From: Octopus sinensis
Lineage: Eukaryota
Assembly: GCF_006345805.1 (NCBI RefSeq)
Contig: NC_043000.1
Location: 31,434,001-31,498,000 of the forward strand
DNA: 64,000 bases
Direction: 5' to 3'
The notes beneath the pieces were generated by a model, which did not search any database, was not told where the DNA came from, and saw only the letters and a list, made by a program, of their open reading frames with translations. The translations under genes were made by a program, and so were the position numbers. Numbering within the stretch: the first letter of the stretch is position 1; each line of letters starts with the position of its first letter. Positions 12,567-25,706 of this stretch are shown piece by piece.

Positions 12567-13073
12567 CATAGTATGTAACATCACCTTTATTAGCTTACAC
12601 CTCTTATATAGTATGTACAATCACGTATATATATGTGTGTGTATGTATATTAATTCATAGATACAGAAACATATATATATACATGCTTATATATATATTC
12701 GTACGTATATGCATATGTATATAATAAACTCACATTTTTCTACCGTATACCTATACACAAAGTACGTGTGTGTGTGTGTGTTTGTGCACACGCCCGTTTG
12801 TTTGCGTGTATGTGTGTGTGTGTGTGTTATCGAGTTGAGGTAAGCTGTAACAATAAAGATGCTTCGTTGTTGCTGTTAGTGTCACATGTGCGAGAATATT
12901 CGTCTTTCTCTGGAAGAAACTGAAAAAGATATTAGCATTGATTGAAAAATTGCAATGAAAGCAGATGTGAGTGTAAAAGGATATTGTCTATTGTTATGGT
13001 AAACAGCAGAACCGACCAACTTTCAATGGTTTACAATTCAATACTGTTCACCATACAATTTAGATGAAGTGTC

Positions 13074-13117
<44 letters not shown>

Positions 13118-13120
<3 letters not shown>

Positions 13121-13337
13121 GGTGGTGAGCTGGCAGAATCGTTAGCACGTCGGGCGAAATGCTTAGTAGCATTTTTTTTGTCTGTCTTTACTTTCTGAGT
13201 TCAAATTCCACCGAGCTCGATTTTGCCTTTCATCCTTTCGGGGTCGATAAATTAAGTACAAATGAAACACTGGGATCGATGTAACCGACTAGTCCCTCTC
13301 CCACCAAATTCCAGTTCTTGTGCCTATAGAAGAAAGG

Positions 13338-13338
<1 letters not shown>
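13118..13338 (+). mobile_element. SINE A variant (alternative tail) between two (ATT)n tracts
   Basis: Same head and core (ttttcatcctttcggggtcgataaattaagtac), with tail ...cttgtgcctatagaagaaagg. Confidence 0.85.
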
Positions 13339-13385
<47 letters not shown>

Positions 13386-13387
<2 letters not shown>

Positions 13388-13672
13388 GGCGTCGAGCTGG
13401 CATGGCAGAATCATTAGCGTGGCGGGCGAAATGCTTAGCGGTATTTCGTCTGCCGTTACGTTCTGAGTTCAAATTCCGCCGAGGTCGATTTTCATCCTTT
13501 CGGGATCGATAAATTAAATACCAGTTACGCACTGGGGTCGATGTAATCGACTCAATATCTTTGTTTGTCCTTGTTTGTCCCCTCTGTGTTTAGCCCTTTG
13601 TGGGTAATAAAGAAATAGGTATTTCGCCCGTCTTTATGTTCTGAGTTCAAATTCCGCCAATTTCGACTTTCT
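13386..13672 (+). mobile_element. SINE family A plus the start of a second head-less unit
   Basis: Full copy, then the junction aaagaaata|ggtatttcg followed by a second B-box segment. Confidence 0.85.
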
Positions 13673-13994
13673 TTTTCACTAATTCTTCACATATTTCAAT
13701 ATCAAGAATTGTTAATGAGGAATTGTGGTTGGAATGGATCGAGATATTTCTTAAAGTGCAAAGGTTACAGCGACCAGCATTGCTTTATTTGTCATTCCAA
13801 ACAGGTTTCTCGCAGAGTTTTATTGCACTGCCATTTCCATACACAGCTTTTTGCGATGTGTTTATGTATGGCATTGATTTTCTGTCCTGATTTCAAACAG
13901 TTGAACCATTGCCCAGCTACCTTCTACTTCTTGCCTGTGAATATATTGCGAATATATATATATATATATATATCCCAGTTTTGCTACAATAAGA

Positions 13995-14200
13995 CAAACA
14001 GACAGAAATGATGTGATCTATTGTCTCCTGATATTTACTGCACATTCTGACATAACCATTTACCTTCTTCTTTGTTGTATTTCTTTAGCAGCCGATCACT
14101 GACGTCTTATGTTTAGGCTTTCAGTTCTCGACTTCGCAGCCATTGTTCTTTTACTTCTACATCGACTAACAACCTTCAAACCTATTCATATTCCGTTCTG
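13995..14200 (-). mobile_element. R4/Dong-like fragment
   Basis: Minus-strand translation across frameshifts: EQWLRSRELKA...RMCSKYQETIDHIIS (CCHC finger region). Not present in the ORF track. Confidence 0.65.
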
Positions 14201-14536
14201 CTTAGAAAGAGGTTGTTATACTTTCTCGTTTTTCATTAATATGTATTAGAATTCCTTTCTCTTCTCTTTCCTTTTCAACCTTTAAAATGCGATACATGTA
14301 TATTAATTTTTTTTTTCAATCTACTTAGATTCTGTTTCTTAACGATACACGCAGAAAAATTAAAATGCTTTGAATTCATTATTACGGCAAATATTTTACC
14401 TTTCCCCTTTCCAAATTAGTCCTTTTTTAGCATATTTTGTATAATTATTTTCTTGTACAAAATGTTCATTCTTATCTATGCATCGCAAATACCATTATAT
14501 ATATCTTTATATTTATCTGTCTACATTTATAGCTAC

Positions 14537-14641
<105 letters not shown>

Positions 14642-14688
14642 CTGCCTTCCTTCCTCTGTGTGTGTGTGTGTGGTGTGTGTGTGGCGCG

Positions 14689-14721
<33 letters not shown>

Positions 14722-14924
14722 CAGCTTCAGAAATGTGAATTTACGATTGCCATTATCATACAGGCTGCAATGTAAACATTTCATAGGCAGGCTCCCAGTA
14801 GAGAATATGGCTGATATCAGATGTTTTTTCAGAAGGAAGGAAGACAGTAGAATTTGTGTGTATGTATGTATGTATGTATGTATTTATGTATGTATGTATG
14901 TATGTATGTATGTATGTATATATA

Positions 14925-15075
14925 CTGGGATCTTTCTTTCCTCTCTCTTCCTTCTTTATGTTTCCGACGAAGAGCTCCGCTCGAAACGTCATACCTCCCT
15001 GCTTCCTTTTCCTGAGCGCCTATTAATAATAATACTGTAATTGTTCCATTGTTGTTTTTTTGTTTCCCGTTTGGA
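14925..15075 (+). mobile_element. PLE-like 3' end (P1-related), hammerhead-like motif at 14960-14994
   Basis: CCGACGA-A-GAGC-TCC-GCTC-GAAA-C-GTC; followed by (TA)n. Confidence 0.6.
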
Positions 15076-15522
15076 TTAAAATTATATATATATATATATA
15101 TATACACACACAGACGCATCTGCAGACTTGTATATATCTAAAAACTTTTAGATATATACATATATGGAAACGTGTAACACACTAAAAAAAAATCATCGAA
15201 CATTGTCCATTAGCAACAGATGGTGTGTTAAACAAGCAATCATTTAACGAACGTCTTAACACCACAAATTTCACTGTCTCAGTTGTGTGCGAATGTATAT
15301 ATACATACATGTGTGCGTATACATACATACATACATACATACATATATGTATGTATGTAGGTAGGTTTATACATACTGATATTTATCTATATAATATTGT
15401 GGGAGTTCATTCGCCCGTAATACATTAATTCGTTAGAGAGGTGGAGTGAGTTAGAGAGAGAGGGGACGGGAAGAGTGAAGTGTCAACGATGTACAATGGC
15501 TGCTGGGTCAGGAATACTTATT

Positions 15523-15929
15523 AATTTCTTTATTACCCACAAGGGGCTAAATATAGAGGGGACAGACAAACGGATTCAGCCGATTACATCGACCCCAGTG
15601 CGTAACTGGTACTTAATTTATCGACCCCGAAAGTATGAAAGCAAAGTCGACCTCGGCAGAATTTGAACTGAGAACGTAACGGCAGACGAAATACCTATTT
15701 CTTTATTACCCACAAGGGGCTAAAGACAGAGGGGACAAACAAGGACAGACATAGGTATTAGGTCGATTACATCGACCCCAGTACGTAACTGGTACTTAAT
15801 TTATCGACCCCGAAAGGATGAAAGGCAAAGTCGACCTCGGCGGAATTTGAACTCAGAACGTAACGACAGACAAAATACGGCTACGCATTTCGCCCGGCGT
15901 GCTAACGATTCTGCCAGCTCGCCGCCTTC
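15523..15929 (-). mobile_element. SINE A dimer (full unit plus head-less unit) with 18-bp TSD
   Basis: gggtcaggaatacttatt at 15505-15522 and 15930-15947. Confidence 0.92.
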
Positions 15930-16483
15930 GGGTCAGGAATACTTATTACGTGGTTAAAAGTTAGCTGAAGGGAAAGGTAGATAGAAAAAGAGATGGACAG
16001 GGGAGGCAGTTATACTGAGAGAGTGGGAGAAGCATATAGCAACGGTGGTGGTGTGTTGATAGTGAAAAGTATTTGTTATTGAACTATTATTTTGATAGCG
16101 ACCATCGCTAAATGCAAAAGGGCAATTATTTGTCGTCTGCTCGTTTAAAAAATTGATATTTGCTTACAACGATTAATTTATCTTAAACTCTGGGTTCACA
16201 AGAAACACGGTCACAAGCTGCCCGAAAAAAGATGCGCAGATATAGAGCACGAATCCGAGAGGATGAGTGAGAAAATATAAACATGTATGTTTGTATTACT
16301 GTATGCATACACGAATGCATACAGTATGCAAGACTATCAGGGCGGACGCACGGCCTTTCTTTAGCCTTCTGAAATTCCCTTTTTGTCCTCATTTTTCCTG
16401 TAGTACATCAATTTGCAAAGATATATTTTGAAGTCTTGAAGTTTCACTGCTACAATCTTATATATATATATATATATATATAT

Positions 16484-16760
16484 ATTGATAAAACGGTAAG
16501 ATAACAAAAGAAAGAAAGAGACCTCAATATTATGTAAATAGAGGAAATTTATCTATACAATATGTTACATTACTCGGTAGTCAAGATAAATCTCTGAGTT
16601 TCAGATGCCGAAGTGGAAATCCACAACACCATCTCTTCGGTTATCTGGCTATTTTCATAACGTTTTCAAATAGCCAGATAACCGAAGAGATGGTGTTGTG
16701 GATTTCCACTTCGGCATCTGAAACTCAGAGTTTTATCTTGACTACCGAGTAATGTAACAT

Positions 16761-16768
<8 letters not shown>
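16484..16768. mobile_element. TA-flanked fold-back element (arms of about 101 bp, 13-nt loop) with hammerhead-like fold
   Basis: Arms at 16554-16654 and 16668-16768, one mismatch seen. Confidence 0.8.
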
Positions 16769-16801
<33 letters not shown>

Positions 16802-16909
16802 ATATATATACAATATATATGGGAAGTGCCGCTATAGTAATGGGCGTCGAATCTTTCTGTCTAAACTACAAAGAACATATATAATACCCCACATATATTC
16901 ATATGTGTG

Positions 16910-16960
<51 letters not shown>

Positions 16961-17959
16961 AACCACATATATATACATACATACATACACACATATAGGT
17001 ATATAGGTAGCGAGAGAGTGTGAGACAACTTTGTTCGTGGTCAATCTTAGGTAGAACTCTATCGTAGAATGGCGACAACGAGAGGTGAATTGTGTCTTGT
17101 AGAGGCATTTACTCAAATGTAACTCGAATCTTATTAACGAACCTAATGAATTATTGAATCGCTATTCTCATTTATTTATCAAAACATTCTTAAAATTTCC
17201 ACGTGAAAATCTCACTTTACTTACTTGGGTATTAATAAATAAACTCTGTATCTAAGTTACAGTATTAATGACTCTTCCTCTTTCTTCTAAATTAATTTAA
17301 TATTGCAATATAATAAGCGTTCTTCTAACTAATTTTAAAATTTTAATCCGGTTCCTTAATTATTACATCAAACGTAACTCGTTCTAATCTTTATTTAATC
17401 AAATTTATTTAATTGAATTCACTTTAGCGGTTGTTAACCTGATATTTCTCTACAAAATGTCACTTCGCACTTAGTTGACTTTTCTCTCTTGCTTCCTCTA
17501 GTTCACTGTGCGCTCTTCTCCGCCTCTGACTGGCCACTAAGCAGACATATTGAATAGCAGTTATTTTTCCTGAGAGTTTTTCTTACAGTAGCCTAAAGTA
17601 ACATTTGATGGCGACTTCATCTCACAGAACTGTGAACTGGACACGAAGATAATAAACAAGACAACGTAATTTGATTTTGTCCGTTATCTACAATGCTCTT
17701 CCGCAAACTTTTTGGTAGTTTTCAACAAAAAAACCCCCAAAAAACCAAACAGGATTACTTTGATTCTCCAGCGGGAACGATCGAGGGATAACTGCTGCAT
17801 TAATCAATTAACTGAATAATCAATTGAACTGTTATGCATACAAACCATTCTATGATTTGTATACAGTTACTCAAGCCATTTCAAATATATAAGGGAATAA
17901 AGTTATATAACAATATAATTCTTCATACTTTGTCTGATTATATGATTATTATACATACA

Positions 17960-17996
<37 letters not shown>

Positions 17997-18007
17997 ATAT
18001 ATATATA

Positions 18008-18161
18008 GTTTCTCTCCTTGTTTTTTCTGTGTCCCTTTCTGTAGAAGAGCGTAGGCTCGAAACGTAAAAGACTTTTACTATTCCTGAGCGTTATACTAAT
18101 ACATCTGTTTGTTTTGTACACCACATGTCTTCGTCTTTTGTTTTTTTCGTAAACTCTCCCT
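18008..18161 (+). mobile_element. PLE family P1 3' end between TA tracts, hammerhead-like motif at 18035-18070
   Basis: Near-identical to 12355-12510. Confidence 0.7.
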
Positions 18162-18177
18162 ATATATATATATATAA

Positions 18178-18495
18178 TTGTTAAACAGGACGTCAAACAT
18201 TAAGGCGAGGCAAACATCTCAATTCATATAAAATATTATTACAGGAAGAAATTCAAAATCTTACAGCTGTTTCTGGGATATCCCTGAGTATGGGATACTC
18301 CGTCACCAGAGACATATTGGAGGAACCAATCTCATTTTCCATATCCCCTCCCCCAATATATCTCTGATGACGGAGTATCTCATACACAGGGATATCCCAG
18401 AAACAGCTGTAAGATTTTGAATTCCTTCCTGTAATAATACTGTATATGAGTTGAGATGTTTGCCTCGCCTTAAAGTTTGACGTCCTCTTTAACAA
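18178..18495. mobile_element. Fold-back element (imperfect arms of about 145 bp) with type-I hammerhead-like fold in each arm
   Basis: ttgttaaacaggacgtcaaac ... gtttgacgtcctctttaacaa; CTGATGA at 18364-18370. Confidence 0.8.
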
Positions 18496-18638
18496 TAATA
18501 TATCCGCTGCATCGGAAATCTGCAAGGGCTCCATGACTACCGTCTCAGCTACAACCTTGGAGCCCTAGTAATCCGTTACAGCACTCACCTAGCGTACCTA
18601 ATCGTTTAGATCACCTGTGAACTAAACCCCCCATACTT

Positions 18639-18697
<59 letters not shown>

Positions 18698-18896
18698 AGA
18701 CTTCGGGATTGTTTACAAATATTACAAACAGTTAAATATCTATACATTAATTTGATTGAAAATTAATGGGTAAGTGGTCAGACTCAGTGGGATGCACAAG
18801 GAGCCGTGTTAGCGTTGTTGTGTGGGTTAGATACTAGATGGTATTTAGGTCATAATTTTTCAGTCAATTGTTTAGATAAGTATCACTTTAACCTGA

Positions 18897-18934
<38 letters not shown>

Positions 18935-19133
18935 ATTATTATATATTATTATATAGTAATTATTACTGTATAAAATGACTTTCGTCGCCGCTTTTCCTCC
19001 CGGTTTGTTTACAAATATGTTGCATATATATATATATATATATAGTTTCAGACTCTGATCTTAACCATCCCATGAGTTAGGCATTACTTTACATTTGTGA
19101 CCACTCCTAATACAGATTGACTGAGCTAATTTG

Positions 19134-19258
<125 letters not shown>

Positions 19259-19280
19259 ATATATATATATATATAATATA

Positions 19281-19320
<40 letters not shown>

Positions 19321-19582
19321 TATATATATATAGATATATATATATATATATATACGTACGTATCTAAGTATATTTGTGTGTGTCCGTGTATATGTGTGTA
19401 TGTGGTCGGTCATGTGCGTGTCACTCTATCTACCCTCTTTTGATTCTTCTGAGGAAAGACTAATACCCGAAACGTTAAATCATTTTCTCTTTTCCTTGAA
19501 GAGTAAAGCTAATAAAGTATCTGTTGTGCTGTTGTGTTTTGTTCATTGAAGTTACACTATATATATGTGTGTGTGTGTGTGA

Positions 19583-19830
19583 GTAGGCGTGTGGCTTAGT
19601 GGTTAGGGTGTCAGCACCATGATCGTAACATTGTGGTTTCGATTCCTGGACTGGGCGACGCGTTGTGTTTTTGAGTAAAACACTTCATTTCACATTGCTC
19701 CAGTCCACTCAGCTGGCAAAAATGAGTAACGCTGCGATGGACTGGCGTCCCGTCAAGTTAGGGAACACATACGCCATAGAAACCGGGAAACCGGGCCCAT
19801 GAGCCTGGCTAGTCTTTAAAAGGGTGCATT

Positions 19831-19832
<2 letters not shown>
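19583..19832 (+). mobile_element. tRNA-derived SINE (B-related)
   Basis: gtggcttagtggttagggtgtc...ggtttcgattcctggac head; tail shared with 52275-52560 (gaaaccgggaaaccgg). Confidence 0.8.
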
Positions 19833-19880
<48 letters not shown>

Positions 19881-20904
19881 GTGTGTACTTCTGTCTGAGT
19901 ATGTTTGAATACCATTAACTCCAAGATATTTTTAGTAATCAATAATTGGTTATTGATTTCTATAAGTAAAAACGAGATAGGAATGGTTTTCTGCAAAGCT
20001 ATTCCCATGATGTTATGTTGCCGTCCTTTTAAAATGGTGATAATTACAAACATTGCTAATAGCCACGCCTCCGACGTGCAGGGGATAAACAGAAGGTATT
20101 GAAGGCTCGACAGTGTTTTAAAGATGTTTAGATCAAACTAAACACAAACAACTAATAGGGAAATGGGAAAAGAAAAAAAAAACATTAATACGAAGGACAC
20201 GTTTTCAAAATAACAGGTTTGTAAAGAAAAGTTGTCCGCCATAATTAGTCTAAAGGAAACAACGGGTTTGAGGCAGTTTATGAAGCTGGAATATCCTGCC
20301 AAAAATCTCTGTGAATATCTTGCATCACACGGATCAGGCAAGTGCAACAACTATACACTGCAAAGAGTACACAAATTACTGCGCATTGAAACTCCGAGTT
20401 ATGTTGCTACCACGGTTAGAAAGATGGCCTTGTACCAGTTTATCACTGGCTCATCTGTGCACGTGACATGCAACACTTGATAGCAAAAACTCACCAAGTG
20501 GACAGCAGGATATTTCTTATATCAACATAAATACTAAATCTATTCCGTTACTAAAACTTGTAACCATCTTCTGTGTCCTTGTCATAGACCCGCAACATCA
20601 GAAAATTGTATTTCTATGCTCCAGACTAATTTAGAAGTAACGATGCCTTTCAATGTACGACAGTCGTGAAATGTAATCTCGATGCTTTTAAATCTCAGTT
20701 CGTGGAGTAGCTGCTGGTGTTTACATTGCTTAAAATAATAATGCTTTTGCGCTTGGCGGACAAGGAGAGGGGCCTAATCAATGATATAGACCCGAGTACT
20801 TTTTATCGATCATGAAGAGGGTGGAAGTAGAAGGTGGTGTTGTCGGGATTTATAAGGATTAACAACAACAATAATAATAACAATAATAATAACAATAAAA
20901 AGAA

Positions 20905-21050
20905 GGAGGAGGAGCACTTGGAATGATTAAAAAAAAAGGTGGGGAACTGAAAATTATTTTTAAATGATCCCTAGCCTACCATCCATGCAGGAAGTGCAAA
21001 AGATTGTCTTAACTCGTACGTCACACGTATTTGAGAAGAGCATTGCCGTT
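20905..21050 (+). mobile_element. R4/Dong-like extreme C-terminal fragment
   Basis: GALGMIKK...IPSLPSMQEVQKIVLTRTSHV; preceded by (AAC/AAT)n. Confidence 0.65.
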
Positions 21051-21274
21051 GGGCATTTTCTTTCCTTTTTTCCTCTCTATTTTATTTGTTTACTTTTTTA
21101 TTTTTTCCTTTTTCTCTATCACATAACTTTGTAAATGGACAATTTGGTATATTTATTTTAATGGCCTACCAATGTATACAGTGCGTTTCTCTGCCCTAAG
21201 TGTCAGGAAGACACGGCAAGAAATGGAAACAGTTGAAAGATGATAATGTAAATAATAATAATAATAATAATGAT

Positions 21275-22400
21275 TTCATTTATTTGCCAGGCGGGCGAAA
21301 GATGAGGAGGACAATAGAGAGACAAGCATAAAGTGTGGGGGTTTGTATATAAAAATGAAATGATAAAAAAAATTAAAAGTATGCACAGTATACAGTGGAA
21401 AAGAAGGGACATATGCATGACATACATAGGTAAAAATGAGGAGGGGTTAGGACGTTAGAGACGTGGCCCTCCTGATACAGGAACGCCTGTAGGAATAATC
21501 GAGGAACCCCACTGTCCGAGATTTCCCTGGAACCCTATGAGCAAGTACCCTCTCCAATTCCTTCTCTCCGACTCACAGGTCTACACTTAGAGAGGTACCA
21601 TCCACTCTTGCCATTTTCGCAACTTTCACTCACTTTTCAGTAAACTTACTCGAAGACAGCACTTCACTCTCCACTCTCAATTTCCTTTTCAAGTGAAACT
21701 TGAAAAAGTCAATTAGAGCTCTACCAAAGATGAATGTATCTATCTTCATGCCTTTCAGCCTTGTCCAAACAACCTCTTTCACCACAGCCACAAAGCAAAG
21801 GAAAACTGCCTTGCTTGCCCGATTGAAGGAGGGCGGCAGTGCAATCATCACTACAGACTCAGCCGACAGACGGATCCTCTCACACGTGACAGCAGCTGTT
21901 CAACATAACCCCACAAATCAGCAGTACCCGGACACTGAATGAGGGCGTGCAGAACGGTTTCGTCACTCTGCGTGTACCGCGGACAAGTCCGTCTGAGAGT
22001 ACGTCCATGTCTAGAGGTAATCTCGAACCGGTAGCACTGGCAGGCCAAGGACCTCTGGAAATGTTAGCTTCCGACTGAAAAGTCCTCCAGAACAGTTCGT
22101 TGTCGTTGGCTCCCAGAGTTTCCCCGAAAACGTCGGCGTACTTCCCCGCCACTAACTTTCTAAAAATTTCTAAAGCGGAACATCCACCGATCTCATTGCC
22201 CGACTGGTAGAGAGTTGTAAGCGCCTGACGACATTCTAGGTGCCAGGTGCCCAATCTCGGATTTTTCTTCACCCAGGACTGCAGCAGCTCCGATAAGGAG
22301 CATTCGCCACTTCTGACCGACCTTTCAGAGACAGCATTCTTTCAGCCCATTTTTGGGCAAGCCTGCCCCCGCCCCTGTTCGCCACCTCATATAAAATGTG
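21275..22400 (-). mobile_element. Tx1/L1-like non-LTR retrotransposon, 3' portion
   Basis: RTCPRYTQSDETVLHALIQCP (zf-RVT-type CCHC finger), then FLCFVAVVKEVVWTRLKG...FFKFHLKRKLRVE; (ATT)n tail on the sense strand near 21250. Confidence 0.75.
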
Positions 22401-22424
22401 ATAAAATAATAATAATAATAATAA

Positions 22425-22615
22425 TTTTGCCACAAGGGCGGTCATTTTGGAGGAGAGGATGAGTCGATTACATCGACTCCAGTATTTCACTGGTACTTAA
22501 TTTATCGACCCCGATACGATAAAAGGCAAAGTCGACCTCGGTGGGACGTAGCGGCAGGCGAAATACCGCTAAGCACTTCGCCCGGCATATCAACGATTCT
22601 ACCAACCCACCGCCT
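22425..22615 (-). mobile_element. SINE A variant
   Basis: Core tttatcgaccccgatacgataaaaggcaaagtcgacctcgg plus head. Confidence 0.8.
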
Positions 22616-22643
22616 TAATAATAATAATGATGATGATAATAAT

Positions 22644-23374
22644 GTAGTACCAGGCACTGACTCTCATGGCTTCGAATCTTAACTGATTGGAAGTGTTATC
22701 GTGCACATGTTTTGTGTTGGTATAAAAGATGGGCTACAGCAAATATTCTTCTCAATACCACAGATTTGCTTGTCAATTGTTTGACCTTAACCAGTCAAAC
22801 ATGTCTCTTATTGGCTGACGATATGTGCATCTCTGATCACGAGCAGAGCTAGTGGGGAGAATCATAGCCCCGTGAGATGTCAGACAGCACTCTCACAGAG
22901 TCTATCAGAGCGAACAAGACCTAGCGTTCTGGAAAGTGAAACAATAATAATAATAATGTCAGTTGTTCGACCTTAACCAAGTGAGCATGTCTTTTGGTGG
23001 CTGACGATATGTGCATCTCTGATCACGAGCAGAAGTAGTGTGGGAACATCATAGCCATGAGTTGAGAGGAATTCTTTGAAGTTTGGATCATTCACCTCTA
23101 GAAACATGGGTGCTTCGTTCATTATCCTTAAACAAATCTTATTCAGGGACCTTTTGAGTAGGATGGGCTACTGGACCTGAAGAAAATTCTAACTGGGTCC
23201 CACCTGCAAGGTCAGGCACTGTTTATCTTAATATGAGACCACTATGTCGCGCACATATGGTTGTGATGCATGTGCCTGGTGTACCCTTATCAGACGGGTA
23301 GTCATGATGGGTATACTGGGCTTAGTATATTTTACCCCAGAGTCACTTTGATGCTGTGCACAGCTCTCTCACTC

Positions 23375-23375
<1 letters not shown>
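22644..23375 (-). mobile_element. About 540-bp TAA-associated repeat interrupted by an insertion at 22870-22957
   Basis: Colinear with 6931-7465; 22772-22869 is duplicated at 22958-23056. Confidence 0.75.
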
Positions 23376-23424
<49 letters not shown>

Positions 23425-23429
23425 CAACA

Positions 23430-23475
<46 letters not shown>

Positions 23476-23505
23476 TAGTAGTAGTAGTAGTAGTAGTAGT
23501 AGTTG
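23376..23505 (+). repeat. (AAT)n/(AGT)n microsatellite
   Basis: Directly visible. Confidence 0.97.
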
Positions 23506-25469
23506 GAGGAGGAGGAAAGGAGGAAGAAAAAGTAAAGTTTGTGGCAACTTGGCATTGCGTATAAAGTTTAATGACTGTAAATGTAAAATCTTCTCTTATT
23601 CATGTCTAATATTGGTAAAATAATTACTTGGAATATTTTTAACATCGACTGAGTGGACTATAGAAAATAATATAGTGCCACATCGAAACTTCCTGCAGCA
23701 CCATCACCACCACCGCAATCAGTAAATACATCAGCAGCATCTGCACAACGACCACCACCACCGTTAACAGACCCGCCATACTTTCTCTGTGTTTCTTGTA
23801 AAACTCTACTTAACAGTTTGCTTGACTGATAGCTTTCATAAATAAATATTTGACGTCCATAAAATGACAAAAATTCTTTTAATATTGAGACATAAGCAAC
23901 TCTTGCGACCGGCTGTCTTGATTGGATATCAAAAGAATTGTATATTAATTACAGCTAATTATATTGACCCCGTCTATTGTCACGTTCGATTATTGTTATG
24001 TTGTTGTTGTTGTTGGTGAAATGCCTAGCAACAAAATAAGAGTTAACAATAGAAGAGGAGGACGAGGAGGTGACGGAGAAGGAGGACGAGGAGGTGGCGG
24101 AGAAGGAGGAGGAGAGAGTGCATTCGACAGTTTTTGTGGTATTTTTTTAACTTGTGCTGGGCAAAGTTTGGTTTGTGCTCTTGTTAACGGCATTGTTTTC
24201 CTTGATATGTACAGATGTGTGTGTGTGTACGTATACATATATAGGAGTGTATGTATGTATACATTTGTGTGTGTATGCGTGCGTGTGTGCGAGTATTTAC
24301 TAATATCGCTTTTGTGTAGTTTCTAGTTGGTTTATTTAAACCAGTTTAAGATTTTCTGTTGACAGGAAATCAGCGAAAGGTCAACTTTATTTGCAGGACA
24401 CTGAAGTATTAGCGTTAGTATTTGTACCAGAGTTAGGAATGGACGTTGCGTAGATACTGATTTAGTGGACAACGTATCAGAATTACTGGTCTGAGGAGAG
24501 TGGGGAGGGTTCTATATGGTCACTTGCCAAGCTAGAAATAGCAGAAAAATTTCACTAAAATAATGCTCTCTTAAAGGAGTACATCGGAGAGTACGTCAAA
24601 ACAACGATCAGAGTATGATGGCTGGAATATCTTTGACCATAGACCTGCTAGATCAGGGCTGACCTGGGACTAAACAACAACTGATCCCAGTGTCGGATGT
24701 TTCGCATCAGACCATCAGACGTATACAGGATTTACATCGACGTTCACCTCCCCAGTAGACACACATCAACCAATGCTGTGAGAATGAACAATAGAAAGTA
24801 ATTAAGGAATGTTTTATTAACATGCAACGTTGAATTCAAGTTGTTTAGATGAATAAAAGACAACGCGAAGACGATCCTGTATTAAAAGGTCAAGCTGGAA
24901 ACCCTTGGCGTTACGATTCCACTTTGATCCACATTTGTGATAGCATTTATGTAACGAGTGACATTAAAATGAGCATATATCATGGTCACCACTGAAATAA
25001 ATAAACAGTTTGGCAGGTCTGTCTATAAATATATCAGCGTCAATTTATATTCAAATTAATTATTCAATTAATTACAAAGTCGGTGAAATTGAATGAATTC
25101 AAGTGCCAGTGAATAAAAGCGGTTCCAACATCTGGAGTTGGGCCGCATGACAGATATATTCACATTTGTTAAATCTAGAGATGAATAGCAGTTCTGTAAA
25201 ATTTCGTGAGTCAGCTCTGTCTCACGAAGGCGGGTTCAGCTCCTACTGAGAGTCTAATGTATAGAAAAAGAAGCTTTGCAAGATTATATCATTACATTTA
25301 TACCAAAGCTTGCTAAGAAAGGCATTTCCATCTCTAAGGTCTGTCTGTGATCGGCGTAAGTAAAATAGCTGCTTGCTTCGAGCAGTGATTGAATATTTAC
25401 CATGTCTCACCATATTAGTAACATCCAACTTTGTTTACCCAGTTGCTTGTAGTAAGTCTTCATATTAGT

Positions 25470-25690
25470 TTCAAACGTTGACACAAGGTCAGTAATTTTC
25501 GGGGAAGCGGGAGGGAGGTGAGTTGTTTAGATCCACCCCAGTGCTCACGTGATACTTATTTTCACGAAACCGAAATGATGAAAGACAAAGTCGACCTCGG
25601 TGACAATGGAACTCAGAACGTAAAGGCGCACGAAATGCCGCTTAGCATTTTTCCCCATGTGGTAACGATTCTGCTAGCGCGCCGCCTTAT
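25470..25690 (-). mobile_element. Diverged SINE A variant
   Basis: Recognisable head and core on the minus strand. Confidence 0.7.
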
Positions 25691-25706
25691 GGTAAACCAT
25701 GATATT

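Noticed and set aside
20232-20520. Possible hAT transposase relic (GLRQFMKLEYP...YVATT, HWL)
   Set aside because: Motif spacing is suggestive but the catalytic D is absent and there is no TIR; an HMM search is needed.
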